Positions 27,171 through 35,564 of a DNA stretch of 52,095 bases are shown here, in pieces (the stretch's first letter is position 1; each line of letters starts with the position of its first letter). Source of the stretch: Clostridiales bacterium (GTDB lineage: Bacteria; Bacillota; Clostridia; Oscillospirales; Acutalibacteraceae); NCBI GenBank assembly GCA_012839705.1, contig DUMT01000056.1, positions 1 to 52,095 of the forward strand. The letters run 5' to 3'. The position numbers and the translations under genes were made by a program. Below the pieces are notes generated by a model, which was given only the letters and a program-made list of their open reading frames with translations, was not told where the DNA came from and did not search any database.

Positions 27171-27434
27171 TTATTTACGGATGCCAAGCTTTTCACAAAT
27201 GGCGCGGTATCGCATAATATCTTTTTTCATCAGATAGTTAAGCAGATTACGACGATGACCAACCATTTTAAGCAGCCCGCGACGAGAATGATGATCCTTT
27301 TTGTGAACCTTGAGATGCTCATTCAGATCGTTGATTCTCTTGGTGAGAACAGCAATCTGAACCTCCGGTGACCCGGTATCATTCTCATGCATTGCATATT
27401 CCTTGATAATAGCAGTTTTTTCTTCCGGCAACAC
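27171..27434 (-). CDS. rpsO: 30S ribosomal protein S15
   Basis: [53 protein letters not shown] is canonical S15. GTG start (27434) with AAGGGGTGA upstream. Confidence 0.95.
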   Translation of the reverse strand: MLPEEKTAIIKEYAMHENDTGSPEVQIAVLTKRINDLNEHLKVHKKDHHSRRGLLKMVGHRRNLLNYLMKKDIMRYRAICEKLGIRK

Positions 27435-27582
27435 AATTATTCACCCCTTTTATAAAAAATATTCCAAAAACCCAGCGCAGGGAACGGATGATCTCCCAAA
27501 ATGCGGGCATACTCCTCCGGCCGGGAATCGGAAGCCAGGCTCCGCAGCATTATGGCTGCGATGCCGCTATTTGAACCATAAT

Positions 27583-27611
27583 ATTCTAGCATAGTTTGGC
27601 GGCAATGTAAA
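27583..27611 (-). promoter_or_regulatory. Sigma-A promoter of rpsO
   Basis: On the minus strand: TTTACA (27606-27611), 17-nt spacer ending TGC, TAGAAT (27583-27588). This is an extended -10 TGcTAGAAT. Confidence 0.55.
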
Positions 27612-27757
27612 CCCCTTTTTACTCAATTATGCCTATTAAAATTATATAAATTATAAAGGAAAAATTATACGTTGTTTTGAGTAAGTTTTCATCATTATAT
27701 ATTAAAATTGTATATTAAGTGACATAAATAACCCATAAATTTTGCCTGTATTTCTAC

Positions 27758-27786
27758 TTGCATTGTTGGCCTGCAGCTTGTATAAT
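27758..27786 (+). promoter_or_regulatory. Sigma-A promoter of the branched-chain amino acid ABC operon
   Basis: TTGCAT (27758-27763), 17-nt spacer, TATAAT (27781-27786), about 45 nt upstream of the ATG. Confidence 0.6.
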
Positions 27787-27834
27787 AACTATAATTTGTT
27801 ACGAAATTATTCAAAAATGATGGAGGGTATAACC

Positions 27835-29001
27835 ATGAACAAAAAGCGTTTGTTTGCGCTGGTTTCAGCTCTGCTGATGATTATCGGCGTTCTGGCAGGC
27901 TGCCAGCCAAAGGAAGATAGCTCTACCGGAAGCAAAGACAGCGATGTTATCAAAATCGGCGGCCTTGCTCCTCTTACCGGCGACGTTGCCCAGTACGGCG
28001 AGGCTGTAAACAACGCAGTTTTGATTGCTGTTGATGAAATCAATCAAAAAGGCGGCATACTCGGCAAAAAAATCGAGTACAAGTACTATGACGAGAAAGG
28101 CGACGTTACCGAAGCCGTTAACGCTTATTACAAGCTTGTTGAAGAAGGGATTGTTGCCCTGGTTGGCGACGTAACATCCAAACCCACTAAAGCAGTTGCC
28201 CAAAAGGCTGCTGAAGACAACATGCCGATGATAACCGCGTCAGCAACCGAGGAAAGCATCACCCAGGCTGGCAAGAATGTCTTCCGCACCTGCTTTATCG
28301 ACCCCTATCAGGGCAAGCTGATGGCATCCTATGCCAAGAATAAGCTGAATGCCAAAACCGCTGCTATCCTTTACAATATCGATGACACTTACTCAAAGGG
28401 TATTGCAGACGCTTTTGAAGCTGCAGCAAAAGAGCTTGGCATGACCGTTACCAACACGGAAGGTTACGCTGACAAGAGCACAGACTTCAATTCTCAGCTC
28501 ACAAAGATCAAAACAAGCAATCCTGATGTACTTATGATTCCTGTATATTACAATGACTTAGCCCTGATTGTTGCCCAGGCAAAAGCTCTCGGCATTAAGG
28601 CCAAGCTTCTCGGCGGCGATGGATGGGACGGCGTTTTGGAAGTAATCGACAAATCAAATGTGGACGCCCTCGCGAATGCTTACTTCTGCAGCCAGTATTC
28701 AGCCACCGACCCCAATCCCAAGGTTCAGGAATTCCTCAAGAAATATAAGGAAAAATACAATAAGGATGCAAACATGTTTGCCGTTCTCGGCTATGACTCC
28801 ATGTACATCCTTGCGGATGCAATCAGCAGGGCCGGTTCCACAGATTCCGACAAGATAATCGAGGCTCTCAAAAATACAAACTACGAAGGCTTGACTGGTA
28901 CCACCACTTTTGATGAAAACCGCAACCCTGTTCGTCAGGCAATAATCACCTCTTTCGAAGGTAACAGCTACAAAGTTATTGAAAGCTATTCTATGGATTA
29001 A
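27835..29001 (+). CDS. Branched-chain amino acid ABC transporter substrate-binding lipoprotein (LivJ/LivK-like)
   Basis: Signal peptide with lipobox (LMIIGVLAGCQP) and a type-I periplasmic binding fold sequence (IKIGGLAPLTGDVAQYGE...). The ATG at 27835 is 7 nt after GGAGGG. The track start at 27742 was rejected. Confidence 0.9.
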   Translation: MNKKRLFALVSALLMIIGVLAGCQPKEDSSTGSKDSDVIKIGGLAPLTGDVAQYGEAVNNAVLIAVDEINQKGGILGKKIEYKYYDEKGDVTEAVNAYYKLVEEGIVALVGDVTSKPTKAVAQKAAEDNMPMITASATEESITQAGKNVFRTCFIDPYQGKLMASYAKNKLNAKTAAILYNIDDTYSKGIADAFEAAAKELGMTVTNTEGYADKSTDFNSQLTKIKTSNPDVLMIPVYYNDLALIVAQAKALGIKAKLLGGDGWDGVLEVIDKSNVDALANAYFCSQYSATDPNPKVQEFLKKYKEKYNKDANMFAVLGYDSMYILADAISRAGSTDSDKIIEALKNTNYEGLTGTTTFDENRNPVRQAIITSFEGNSYKVIESYSMD

Positions 29002-29034
29002 TCGGAATCACAAAAGATTAAAAACGGATTAGTT

Positions 29035-29066
29035 AAAAGAGGGTGACTGTGCTTCACCCTCTTTTC
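29035..29066 (+). terminator. Intra-operon hairpin attenuator/terminator after the binding-protein gene
   Basis: AGAGGGTGA (29038-29046) / TCACCCTCT (29054-29062) followed by TTT. Confidence 0.55.
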
Positions 29067-29107
29067 GGATTGTTCGGAATTATTCAAGGTAGTTGGAAGG
29101 TGCGGCG

Positions 29108-29989
29108 ATGGATTTTTTTAATCACATTATTAATGGCTTAGGGCTTGGCAGCATATATGCCCTTGTTGCCCTCGGCTATACAATGGTTTACGGAATCGTA
29201 AAACTGATCAACTTCGCTCACGGTGATATTATCATGGTGGGCGGGTATATGGTTTACCTTATTATGGTCAAATGGGGGCTTCCTATCTGGCTGGCAGTGC
29301 CTGCCTCAATAGTAATCTGCGCATTTACCGGAATGCTTGTTGAGCGGGTGGCATACAGGCGGCTGCTGGTGCACAACGCAGCCCGCATTTCACTGCTTAT
29401 TACCGCTATGGGTGTGAGCATTTTCCTGCAAAATGCCTTTATGTTGATTTTCGGCACCGACCCAAAGTTAATGCCCCCACTGTTCCAAGCCGAGCCTTTT
29501 AAGCTCGGTAGCTTCGAGCTGGCTTCCACTACCGTAATTAACATAGTGGTTTCCGTAATTATGATGATAGGGCTTAACCTTTTGGTCAACAAAACCAAAA
29601 TCGGAAAAGCAATGATTGCCACATCAGAGGATTCAAGCGCTGCCAAGCTTATGGGTATTAACACCAACCGGGTAATTTCCTTCACATTTGCCATAGGCTC
29701 CGCCCTTGCCGCGGTAGCGGCGTTGCTGTATTGCAACACCTATCCTCAGATAAAGCCTTCTATGGGCAACCTGCTGGGCCTTAAAGCCTTTGTAGCTGCT
29801 GTTTTTGGCGGCATAGGTTCGATACCCGGGGCAATGCTTGGAGGTTACCTGCTTGGCGTAATTGAAAGCCTTACCAAGGCTTACGTCAGCACTACTTTAA
29901 CCGATGCAGTAGTTTTTGGTATTTTAATTATTATTCTTTTGGTTAAACCCGCCGGTATTCTTGGCAAGAACAGAAAGGAGAAGGTATAA
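29108..29989 (+). CDS. livH: Branched-chain amino acid ABC transporter permease (LivH-like)
   Basis: MDFFNHIINGLGLGSIYALVALGYTMVYG and INFAHGD are LivH signatures. Confidence 0.9.
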   Translation: MDFFNHIINGLGLGSIYALVALGYTMVYGIVKLINFAHGDIIMVGGYMVYLIMVKWGLPIWLAVPASIVICAFTGMLVERVAYRRLLVHNAARISLLITAMGVSIFLQNAFMLIFGTDPKLMPPLFQAEPFKLGSFELASTTVINIVVSVIMMIGLNLLVNKTKIGKAMIATSEDSSAAKLMGINTNRVISFTFAIGSALAAVAALLYCNTYPQIKPSMGNLLGLKAFVAAVFGGIGSIPGAMLGGYLLGVIESLTKAYVSTTLTDAVVFGILIIILLVKPAGILGKNRKEKV

Positions 29990-31011
29990 TGGGATATTTA
30001 AAAAAGAAAACGGGTGTCTATTATCTTATAAACGCCGTTTTGGTCTTCCTTCTCTTTTTTGTTCTGCTGAATTTGATAAATAACCGTATTATCAACAGGA
30101 CCAGCACCCAGATTTTGACTCTTATTTGCATAAATATCATTTTGGCAGTCAGCCTCAACCTTGTCACCGGCGTTTTGGGCCAGCTTGTTTTAGGGCACGC
30201 GGGATTTATGCTGGTGGGCGCTTATACTTCAGCGTTATTTACAATGAATATAGGGCTCGACCTGAAAATAGCATTCCCGATAAGCCTTGTTCTCGCCGGC
30301 CTGATGGCGGCGGTGTTCGGAGTAATAATCGGAATCCCGGCGTTGCGCCTGAAAGGTGACTACCTGGCGATTATCACTTTGGGATTTGGCGAAATAATCC
30401 GCGTCATAGCAAATAACCTTAAAATAACAAACGGCGCAATGGGCTTAAGCGGTATCAAGTCTTTAAGCACCACAAAAAACCCAAGCCCCATGTTTATATA
30501 CGCTTACGCATTAGCAGCTTTGACTGTATTCTTAATGTTTACATTCGGGCGCTCACGCCACGGCCGCGCTGTAATTGCAATCCGTGAGGACGAAATTGCT
30601 GCTGAATCCATGGGAATCAACACAACTTACTACAAGCTGTTCACTTTTGTCCTCGCAGCTTTTTTTGCCGGCGTGGCAGGGGGAGTTTTCGCCCACCAAA
30701 TCGGGGTTATCGACCCATCCAAATTCGACTTTAACCGTTCTGTCGAAATCCTCATCATGGTAGTTCTGGGCGGCATGGGCTCCATAACAGGTTCCGTAAT
30801 CTCGGCTACCGTGCTTACATGGCTGCCTGAACAGCTCAGGGAATTCTCCAAGTACCGGCTGCTTGTATATTCGATTATTCTGATTTTAGTTATGCTGTTT
30901 AAGCCCTCGGGCTTACTCGGCCGTTATGAAATTTCTATACCGAAATTTCTTGATAAATTGTTCGCCAGAATCACTAAAAAAACGGCGAAAACCAAGACGG
31001 GAGGGGCATAA
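29989..31011 (+). CDS. livM: Branched-chain amino acid ABC transporter permease (LivM-like)
   Basis: GQLVLGHAGFMLVGAYTSA...ALRLKGDYLAIITLGFGEIIR. TAATG overlap with livH. Confidence 0.9.
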   Translation: MGYLKKKTGVYYLINAVLVFLLFFVLLNLINNRIINRTSTQILTLICINIILAVSLNLVTGVLGQLVLGHAGFMLVGAYTSALFTMNIGLDLKIAFPISLVLAGLMAAVFGVIIGIPALRLKGDYLAIITLGFGEIIRVIANNLKITNGAMGLSGIKSLSTTKNPSPMFIYAYALAALTVFLMFTFGRSRHGRAVIAIREDEIAAESMGINTTYYKLFTFVLAAFFAGVAGGVFAHQIGVIDPSKFDFNRSVEILIMVVLGGMGSITGSVISATVLTWLPEQLREFSKYRLLVYSIILILVMLFKPSGLLGRYEISIPKFLDKLFARITKKTAKTKTGGA

Positions 31012-31014
31012 TCG

Positions 31015-31773
31015 ATGCACCTGTTATTAACCAAGGATTTATCTATTGAGTTTGGCGGCCTTCAGGCCCTCAAGGATCTGCATATCGAAATAAACAACCG
31101 CGAAATCGTTGGTCTGATCGGGCCTAACGGTGCCGGCAAAACCACTGTTTTCAACCTTTTGACCGGTGTTTATCTTCCCACCAGCGGAGCCATGAGGCTT
31201 GAAGGAAACAGCATTATCGGCAAAAAGCCCTTCGAAATTAACCGTTCTGGTATCGCCCGTACCTTCCAGAATATCAGGCTGTTCAAAAACATGACGGTGG
31301 CGGACAACATCAAGGTTTCGATGCATCAGAACATGAAATACAACACCTTCTCCGCCATGTTCCGCCTTCCCTCCTACTGGAAGGAAGAGAAAAAGGTTGA
31401 TATTAAGGCCAGGGAGTTTTTGGAAATTTTCGGGATGGAGGATAAGGCTGACCAGTTGGCTTGCAATCTTCCCTATGGACAGCAGAGAAAGCTTGAGATT
31501 TTGCGAGCTCTCGCAACCAAGCCCAAAATCCTCTTGCTGGACGAGCCTGCTGCAGGCATGAATCCGACCGAAACACAGGAATTGATGGAGGTAATCCGCA
31601 GAATAAGGGACCAGTTCAATATTGCCATACTTCTTATTGAGCACGACATGAGCCTTGTCATGAACATCTGCGAACGCCTGTATGTGCTTGATTACGGCCA
31701 TCTGATTGCCCAGGGTACACCCGAAGAAATCCGCACCAACCCGCAGGTTATCTCGGCGTACCTCGGCAGCTAG
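31015..31773 (+). CDS. livG: Branched-chain amino acid ABC transporter ATP-binding protein (LivG-like)
   Basis: Walker A GPNGAGKTT, signature YGQQRKLEI and Walker B LLLDEPAAG. Confidence 0.9.
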   Translation: MHLLLTKDLSIEFGGLQALKDLHIEINNREIVGLIGPNGAGKTTVFNLLTGVYLPTSGAMRLEGNSIIGKKPFEINRSGIARTFQNIRLFKNMTVADNIKVSMHQNMKYNTFSAMFRLPSYWKEEKKVDIKAREFLEIFGMEDKADQLACNLPYGQQRKLEILRALATKPKILLLDEPAAGMNPTETQELMEVIRRIRDQFNIAILLIEHDMSLVMNICERLYVLDYGHLIAQGTPEEIRTNPQVISAYLGS

Positions 31774-31843
31774 GAAATTATTTTAAATCCCATTACAACA
31801 ATGCAGAAATTTGCAAGTGTTTGGTCGGAAAGGCGTGTCATCT

Positions 31844-32554
31844 ATGCTGAATGTTAATGGAATTAATGTATATTACGGCGCGATTCACGCGCTTAAAGAC
31901 GTCTCATTTCATGTAGAAGAAGGGGAAATAGTCTCCCTTATAGGTGCAAACGGTGCGGGAAAAACCACCACAATGCACACCATATCGGGCCTGCTAAGCT
32001 CCAAGACCGGCGATATTACCTTTATGGGCCAGAGCATTTCAAAGCTTGAGCCCCACAGGATTGTAAAACTGGGCCTTGCACAGGTTCCCGAAGGGCGCCG
32101 TGTTTTTTCAAATCTTACCGTACAGGATAACCTTGAAATGGGGGCATACACCCGCCCGATGAATGACAGGCGGGAGATTGAGCGTGACCTGGAATTGGTC
32201 TTCAAGAGGTTCCCAAGGCTTCACGAAAGGCGCCGCCAGCTGGCAGGCACCCTTTCCGGCGGCGAGCAGCAGATGCTTGCAATCGGCAGGGCGCTTATGT
32301 CCCGCCCGAAGATGCTTCTGCTGGATGAACCCTCCATGGGCTTGTCCCCGATACTGGTACAGGAAATATTCAACTGCATCCAGGAGGTTAATAAAAGCGG
32401 CACCACGATACTGCTTGTAGAGCAGAATGCGAAAATGGCGCTTTCAATATCCCACCGTGCCTATGTTATGGAAACCGGCAGCATTATTTTGGAGGGAGCA
32501 GCCTCCGAACTGCTTGACAACGACCAGGTTAAAAAGGCATACCTCGGTGGTTAA
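31844..32554 (+). CDS. livF: Branched-chain amino acid ABC transporter ATP-binding protein (LivF-like)
   Basis: Walker A GANGAGKTT, signature LSGGEQQMLAIGRAL and Walker B LLLDEPSMG. The ATG at 31844 was chosen. Confidence 0.9.
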   Translation: MLNVNGINVYYGAIHALKDVSFHVEEGEIVSLIGANGAGKTTTMHTISGLLSSKTGDITFMGQSISKLEPHRIVKLGLAQVPEGRRVFSNLTVQDNLEMGAYTRPMNDRREIERDLELVFKRFPRLHERRRQLAGTLSGGEQQMLAIGRALMSRPKMLLLDEPSMGLSPILVQEIFNCIQEVNKSGTTILLVEQNAKMALSISHRAYVMETGSIILEGAASELLDNDQVKKAYLGG

Positions 32555-32582
32555 AAAAAGTTTACCCAATATAAACCAATAC

Positions 32583-32615
32583 AAAAAAAGCGGGGATTCA
32601 TTTCCCCGCTTTTTT
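32583..32615. terminator. Bidirectional rho-independent terminator
   Basis: GCGGGGA (32590-32596) / TCCCCGC (32603-32609) flanked by A7 and T6, between convergent operons. Confidence 0.8.
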
Positions 32616-32629
32616 CATGCCACTAGAAC

Positions 32630-33454
32630 CTATTTAACCGAAGTTTTATGATTTAAGAGCCATACGGCAGCCAGTAGCAGCCCAATACCTGCCGCAAGGT
32701 CTGCAAAGCAGCTTCCAACCCCAATGCTGATGCCGCTTAATAGGGGCTGGTTTCCTGTGAAAGCCTCCATGTTAAATATAAGGTCGCCAAGCATGGTTTT
32801 GGTGGTCCATACAACCCCGGTTTCGGTAAATTTAATCCCCAAAGGAATCAGCAGCATTGCAGCCAGTTCCAGCAGGCTTACCGCGAAATTCGTGACAAAA
32901 AAGAACACAACCGAAAACACTACGTTATTTTTCAAAAATTGGCGGGTGTTTGCAAGGGAGATGGCGAAATAAAGCTCACCGAGGAAAGCAAAAAGCTGGA
33001 CAGCGCTGGAAACCACTATGAATATCACAAGAGGCGCAAAGCTGTTACCAAACACAAAATCTATTATATCTGGCATAATATTAAGATTGTTTGATACCAC
33101 CATCGCCCCTGCCCATGCCGCCACAAAAACCGCGGCGCTGGCTACCATCCATATATATGAGGATATCAGTTTTGAAAGCAGCAACTGCCCTTTACCCACT
33201 GGAAGGGTTTGTGTAAGGTATCCCTCATTTCCGAACATTCCCTTGTGAAACCTCATTATTACATATATAAGAGTAATAATTATACATGGAATCCCAGCAA
33301 AAAACAGAAGGATAGTGGTGGCAGTTGTCACCTGGTGGATTTTAAGGCTCCTCGCAATAAGCCCTACCAAAAAAACCGCAGCGGTTGCCAGATAGGATAT
33401 GGGAATCATCCTGGCTCCGGCTTTCATTTCATATTTTAGCAGTTTCCCTAACAC
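32630..33454 (-). CDS. ABC-2 type transporter permease (multi-pass membrane protein)
   Basis: 274 aa with about 6 TM helices. The GTG start overlaps the stop of the upstream ATPase gene. Confidence 0.7.
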   Translation of the reverse strand: MLGKLLKYEMKAGARMIPISYLATAAVFLVGLIARSLKIHQVTTATTILLFFAGIPCIIITLIYVIMRFHKGMFGNEGYLTQTLPVGKGQLLLSKLISSYIWMVASAAVFVAAWAGAMVVSNNLNIMPDIIDFVFGNSFAPLVIFIVVSSAVQLFAFLGELYFAISLANTRQFLKNNVVFSVVFFFVTNFAVSLLELAAMLLIPLGIKFTETGVVWTTKTMLGDLIFNMEAFTGNQPLLSGISIGVGSCFADLAAGIGLLLAAVWLLNHKTSVK

Positions 33455-34146
33455 CTGAATACCTCCCTGAAATACTGGTCAAGGGATTTGCCTGTCCTCT
33501 CCCGCAGGGCATCAGCGCTTTCCGCCACAAGCAAGGTCCCGTTGCCTATCATTATGATATCATCAAATATCCGCTCCACATCATGTATCAGATGGGTGGA
33601 CAACATAACAGTGGAGTTTTCACTATAATTATTGAGTATAATGTCAAGTATATTGTCCCTTGCCGCCGGGTCAATCCCGCTCAATGGCTCGTCAAGTATA
33701 TAAAGCTTTGCCGCCCGGGACATAACAAGTATAAGCTGCAGTTTTTCCTGCATGCCCTTTGACATGGATTTGAGTTTCATCCCCGGTTCAAGGTTGAAAC
33801 GTTTTAGCATTTCCAATGCCTTTTGCCGGTCAAAGTCTTTGTAAAAGTCAGCGAACATTGAAATGGCGGTTCCCGCCTTTATGCCTTCATCAAGGTAGGT
33901 TTTCTCCGGCAAAAAGGATATAATTTCCTTGGATTTTACCCCCGGCGGGTTTCCGTCAATCAGGACAGTTCCCTGATAGTCGCCAATAAGCCCGGCGATT
34001 ATTTTGAACATGGTGGTTTTTCCGCAGCCGTTAGGGCCCACAACCCCCACAATCCTGCCGCTTTCAACATTCAACGAAATGCCCTTCAATACCGGCCCTC
34101 TGTCGTAGGATTTGAACAGATTCCGGATTTCAAGAAGCGAGCTCAT
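33448..34146 (-). CDS. ABC transporter ATP-binding protein
   Basis: Walker A GPNGCGKTT, signature MSKGMQEKLQL and Walker B LYILDEPLSG. Confidence 0.9.
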   Translation of the reverse strand: MSSLLEIRNLFKSYDRGPVLKGISLNVESGRIVGVVGPNGCGKTTMFKIIAGLIGDYQGTVLIDGNPPGVKSKEIISFLPEKTYLDEGIKAGTAISMFADFYKDFDRQKALEMLKRFNLEPGMKLKSMSKGMQEKLQLILVMSRAAKLYILDEPLSGIDPAARDNILDIILNNYSENSTVMLSTHLIHDVERIFDDIIMIGNGTLLVAESADALRERTGKSLDQYFREVFRC

Positions 34147-34541
34147 GAATTTTCCTCCCTTTTACTCAAACCGGCGTGGTTTTCAAACGCCGATTCAACC
34201 AGTTTGATTGTTCTTTCACGGGTAAACCCCATTTGTGCCATTTGTTTGATAAATTCCGCCAATACCTGCCCCGCAAGGCGCTCCCTCGCCGCGTCGATTA
34301 TCCCGGTGTTTTCTGTAATAAACCGCCCGGCGGTACGCTCGCTGTATAAAAGCCCTTCCCTCTCAAGTTCGGACAGGGCTTTTTGCATGGTATTGGGATT
34401 TACCCCAAACTCAATTGCAAGGTCCCTGACTCCCGGAACCCTGCTTCCCGGAGCCCATTCACCCGAAACAATTTTTTGCCTAATCAGATGGATGATCTGA
34501 AGGTAAATAGGTACTCCGGAATCATACTTAACGTCAAACAC
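34143..34541 (-). CDS. GntR family transcriptional regulator, YtrA subfamily
   Basis: PIYLQIIHLIRQKIVSGEWAPGSRVPGVRDLAIEFGVNPNTMQKALSELEREGLLYS with a short C-terminal domain (132 aa). GTG start. Confidence 0.85.
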   Translation of the reverse strand: MFDVKYDSGVPIYLQIIHLIRQKIVSGEWAPGSRVPGVRDLAIEFGVNPNTMQKALSELEREGLLYSERTAGRFITENTGIIDAARERLAGQVLAEFIKQMAQMGFTRERTIKLVESAFENHAGLSKREENS

Positions 34542-34558
34542 ACTCCCATCCCCTGATT

Positions 34559-34592
34559 GTATTATTGTATTATGTGCTTAATACAATAATAC
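34559..34592. promoter_or_regulatory. Perfect 14-bp inverted repeat, candidate YtrA-type operator
   Basis: GTATTATTGTATTA (34559-34572), 6-nt spacer, TAATACAATAATAC (34579-34592). It lies 18 nt upstream of the gntR start and overlaps the predicted -10. Confidence 0.55.
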
Positions 34593-34613
34593 ACTATTTT
34601 CCGGATTTGTCAA
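34586..34613 (-). promoter_or_regulatory. Sigma-A promoter of the gntR-ABC operon
   Basis: On the minus strand: TTGACA (34608-34613), 16-nt spacer, TATTAT (34586-34591). Confidence 0.5.
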
Positions 34614-34654
34614 GCCGAATTTTCCTCAATTGCTAAAATATGCTCCAAAAAGAG

Positions 34655-34683
34655 TTGCAGCAAGTTGCTAAAACGTGTATATT
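34655..34683 (+). promoter_or_regulatory. Candidate sigma-A promoter of the DRTGG/hydrogenase-like cassette
   Basis: TTGCAG (34655-34660), 17-nt spacer, TATATT (34678-34683). A direct repeat TTGCTAAAA occurs at 34630 and 34665. Confidence 0.35.
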
Positions 34684-34720
34684 ATAATTTGAACAGTATG
34701 TAAAAACAGGAGGTATGCGT

Positions 34721-35059
34721 ATGACGATTGGCGACATAAAAAATTTACTCAATGCGACCGTTCTTTCCGGCCATGATTTGCTTGATACCGAGGTGCACAA
34801 CGCCTGCGGAAGCGACATGATGAGCGATGTACTGGCGTTTGTAAAGGACCAGTCGGTGCTTTTGACCGGCCTTGTCAACCCGCAGGTGGTACGCACTGCC
34901 GAAATGATGGATATGGTGTGCATTATATTTGTCCGCGGGAAGGAGCCCGGCGAGGACATTATCAAGCTTGCAGAAGAACGCGGTATTGTTTTGATGAAAA
35001 CCCCCCTCAGGATGTTCCCGGCTTGCGGTATTCTTTACGAGGCAGGCCTTCGTGGCTAA
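34721..35059 (+). CDS. DRTGG domain-containing protein (single domain)
   Basis: GSDMMSDVLAFVKDQSVLLTGLVNPQVVRTAEMMDMVCIIFVRGKEP resembles the DRTGG fold. The ATG at 34721 lies 7 nt after AGGAGG. Confidence 0.7.
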   Translation: MTIGDIKNLLNATVLSGHDLLDTEVHNACGSDMMSDVLAFVKDQSVLLTGLVNPQVVRTAEMMDMVCIIFVRGKEPGEDIIKLAEERGIVLMKTPLRMFPACGILYEAGLRG

Positions 35060-35088
35060 TACAATCTGACGAATGCGGGGGAATATGA

Positions 35089-35535
35089 TTGAAACTGCAT
35101 TATGAAGTCCCCGGAGATGATTTTACCCGTGCTGGCGAGGCATCCGGGGATGTTAAACGCAAGCTTAAAAGCCTGGGTTTTCCGCCCGACGTTATACGCC
35201 GTATTACCATCGCTATATACGAGGGCGAAATCAATATGGTAATCCATGCCGGCGGCGGTGTGGCTGATATTGAGATACTCCCTGACCGGATTACCGCCGT
35301 GCTCGCGGACCAGGGCCCCGGCATCCCTGACATAGAAAAGGCAATGCAGGAGGGCTGGTCAACCGCTCCCGACAACATCAGGTCATTGGGTTTTGGAGCA
35401 GGTATGGGGTTGCCAAACATTAAGAAATATTCTGACATACTTAATATAGATACCGAGGTGGGCAGGGGCACCACATTGACAATTACCGTTCTGGTTAACC
35501 CTGAGCACAGGGAAATGCACAACCACAATCATTAA
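35089..35535 (+). CDS. GHKL-type ATPase, anti-sigma-factor/serine kinase-like (RsbW/SpoIIAB-sized)
   Basis: N-box-like YEGEINMVIH, G1 DQGPGIPD and G2 GFGAGMGLPNI; 148 aa. TTG start 6 nt after GGGGGA (start uncertain). His-rich tail HREMHNHNH. Confidence 0.7.
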   Translation: MKLHYEVPGDDFTRAGEASGDVKRKLKSLGFPPDVIRRITIAIYEGEINMVIHAGGGVADIEILPDRITAVLADQGPGIPDIEKAMQEGWSTAPDNIRSLGFGAGMGLPNIKKYSDILNIDTEVGRGTTLTITVLVNPEHREMHNHNH

Positions 35536-35564
35536 TTGTTTTATTACCATGGGGGTGATAATCC

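Noticed and set aside
27403-27594. 63-aa plus-strand ORF between rpsO and the liv operon
   Set aside because: It runs through the predicted rpsO promoter and leader on the opposite strand and has no RBS. The region is better explained as a 5' leader.
31039-31701. 220-aa ORF antisense to livG; similar cases at 36227-36853, 29254-29739, 20701-21180 and 671-1219
   Set aside because: All are embedded opposite well-supported genes and lack RBSs and family features.
35089-35535. Considered calling the small GHKL ATPase a bona fide anti-sigma factor
   Set aside because: No cognate sigma factor or STAS-type antagonist is encoded nearby. Only the ATPase fold motifs are visible, so the neutral call 'GHKL ATPase / serine-kinase-like' is used.
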